Virus record (IMG/VR): IMGVR_UViG_3300037067_008462
Length of the DNA: 64,000 nt
Source: an uncultured virus (IMG/VR IMGVR_UViG_3300037067_008462)
Taxonomy: Duplodnaviria > Heunggongvirae > Uroviricota > Caudoviricetes
Direction: 5' to 3' (one strand)
The position numbers and the translations under genes are program-made. The notes beneath the pieces are model-generated. The model was given only the letters and a program-made list of their open reading frames with translations, had not been told where the DNA came from and made no database searches. Of the stretch, positions 62,454 to 64,000 are shown one piece after another; the first letter of the stretch is position 1; the number at the start of each line of letters is the position of its first letter.

Positions 62454-64000
62454 CCACTTTAATCAATAACCTTGTAAAATCTTTGGTTGCTGATTTTGTC
62501 GAAGACGCCACAGCATATGGTTATGAATTTGAACCAGAAGATACGGCGGTTGTTGCAAGTCTAGTCATTGATACTTTAGATAGAGTTCGGAAATCTGCTA
62601 ATGTTCCTGACGAGCAACTCGCAAGTTTTGTGGAACAAAATGATCGACTAATCAGGGCTGAAGCACTCAACTCTTTAGATGGCTGGTATGAAGGCCAGAT
62701 GATTGAGAAGTCAATGAGTGAACTTAGTTACCATCCTGAACATGTTCGCGCTCACAAGATAGAGGACGAAGATGGGAAAGTGTGGGATGAAGGTTTCGTA
62801 AAGGGACGCTTCACTGATCTACCTGAAGAACTTCGTAGTCACTTGTTAGACTATCACGGTGAGAGCAAAGTTTATCACGTTCACCTGGATAGTGGAAACA
62901 GTCCGATGATCTTCGGTAGAGACGCAGAGGTTCACTCGATGAATCCAGCGGAACTAAAGAAATCTCAAATGCATGAGATCATACATAGATTAGATGAACG
63001 TGCTTTTCGTGAGATTAATGGTCTCGAAAGCACATCCGCTGAAGATTGGGAATTAGAGTTTTATCAAGAATTTAATAAAGCTGAAATTTATCCAAACATG
63101 ATTTGGGCTGACGGTGTTGTTATCGCTCCTGAGTTAGCCGGTCACCTTAATGACTTTCATGGTTCTTATCCGAATGGTGAATTAAAGTATGTACCGCATC
63201 CACTAGAAGTTACGATGATCGGACCAAGCGAAGTCTTTTCTCAACTATCAGAAATGCAAAAGGCTCTATCTGATCGTGTCCCCGAGATTAAAGAAACAAC
63301 TGTAGTAGATGAATTAAGAACTCTATTTACAGTACCAGATGAAACAATTCAAAGACCTAAAGTAGAAAATATATACAAAGCGTTGGGCCTGCGCCCTTTT
63401 CACAAAGCGGGAGTAGAAACAGAGGATGAAGCAAATCTAGGGGGAGATTATAGCGAACCGGAAGCTCCTCCCGCTGAACCAACTGAAAAAATGCCTTACG
63501 TTAACTCCCAGGAATCCGGTTTGCCGGAAGAGGAACTTGCTCTTCCGCAAGCCAAACCGCAAGGTTCAACAAACATGACGACTGTTGCGGATAATTACCA
63601 AAACGATCCCAACATTAGAAACTATGTTCTTGAACACTTCATGAATGAATTCATTAATCAAGTTAAACAAGAAAGACCTGAAGTTAGGGGAGCTTTCGAT
63701 ATAACGGTTCCCGAAAAGAAACAGATAGTTAGCAAGCTCATGCAGTTAAACCAGATAATTACCGGAAACAAAGGTAACAGTACCGCCGTACAAGCCGGTA
63801 TGAATGCTTCTGTAGAAGAATATATCAGAGAATCTTTGATCAATTACGCCTCAATGAATTTCGGTGAAGAAGCCGGTGATTCACTTCGTTTGTTAAGTCA
63901 AAACGGAGACTTCCTTTCCTTGATGGCTAACGTTATCGGAAATGGAACTTTACCTGTAGGTCAAGAAGGAAAAGAAGATCAGCCTTGGCCTGGAAAGAAA
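62450..64000 (+). CDS. Large acidic head-region protein, 3'-truncated by the window (not in the ORF track)
   Basis: MTTLINNLVKSLVAD... appears open to the window edge; many hydrophobic-x-K[AS] motifs. Confidence 0.75.
   Translation, partial: MTTLINNLVKSLVADFVEDATAYGYEFEPEDTAVVASLVIDTLDRVRKSANVPDEQLASFVEQNDRLIRAEALNSLDGWYEGQMIEKSMSELSYHPEHVRAHKIEDEDGKVWDEGFVKGRFTDLPEELRSHLLDYHGESKVYHVHLDSGNSPMIFGRDAEVHSMNPAELKKSQMHEIIHRLDERAFREINGLESTSAEDWELEFYQEFNKAEIYPNMIWADGVVIAPELAGHLNDFHGSYPNGELKYVPHPLEVTMIGPSEVFSQLSEMQKALSDRVPEIKETTVVDELRTLFTVPDETIQRPKVENIYKALGLRPFHKAGVETEDEANLGGDYSEPEAPPAEPTEKMPYVNSQESGLPEEELALPQAKPQGSTNMTTVADNYQNDPNIRNYVLEHFMNEFINQVKQERPEVRGAFDITVPEKKQIVSKLMQLNQIITGNKGNSTAVQAGMNASVEEYIRESLINYASMNFGEEAGDSLRLLSQNGDFLSLMANVIGNGTLPVGQEGKEDQPWPGKK

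Larger units (their letters stand above)
1276..63271. repeat. Dispersed 8-mer AGATAGAG/CTCTATCT, about 90 copies, both strands
   Basis: Hand count across the window. Confidence 0.9.

Noticed and set aside
1..64000. CRISPR array or diversity-generating retroelement as the source of repeats or the variable family
   Set aside because: No regularly spaced direct repeats, no reverse transcriptase and no TR/VR pair seen in this window

Overview
AT-rich 64-kb segment of a large tailed dsDNA bacteriophage (class Caudoviricetes), standard genetic code, almost all genes on the + strand. About 1-42 kb is a dense accessory/early region: small ORFs, dozens of near-consensus sigma70-type promoters (many with an extended -10), four tRNA genes (one split by a 192-nt group I intron), five HNH endonucleases and about ten promoter-driven or otherwise structured non-coding stretches. 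About 42-64 kb holds a dNMP kinase, a patatin, a RuvC-like resolvase, a sixth HNH, a 1784-aa multidomain protein, terminase genes on the - strand and, divergently, the portal and probable head genes. Main observations: (1) the 1784-aa protein has four tandem protein-kinase-like domains plus other modules, each delimited by a hydrophobic-x-K-[A/S/G] motif also seen in other head-region proteins, suggesting a protease-processed, virion-delivered effector polyprotein; (2) a family of about 29 tiny, hypervariable proteins shares only an N-terminal T-x-L-N-x-x-N-[LI] motif; (3) the 8-mer AGATAGAG/CTCTATCT occurs about 90 times by hand count, against about 2-3 expected; (4) an intron-split, non-canonical 8/4-fold tRNA has a UAU anticodon and a long variable arm. 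All family assignments come from reading motifs by eye; no database searches were run.
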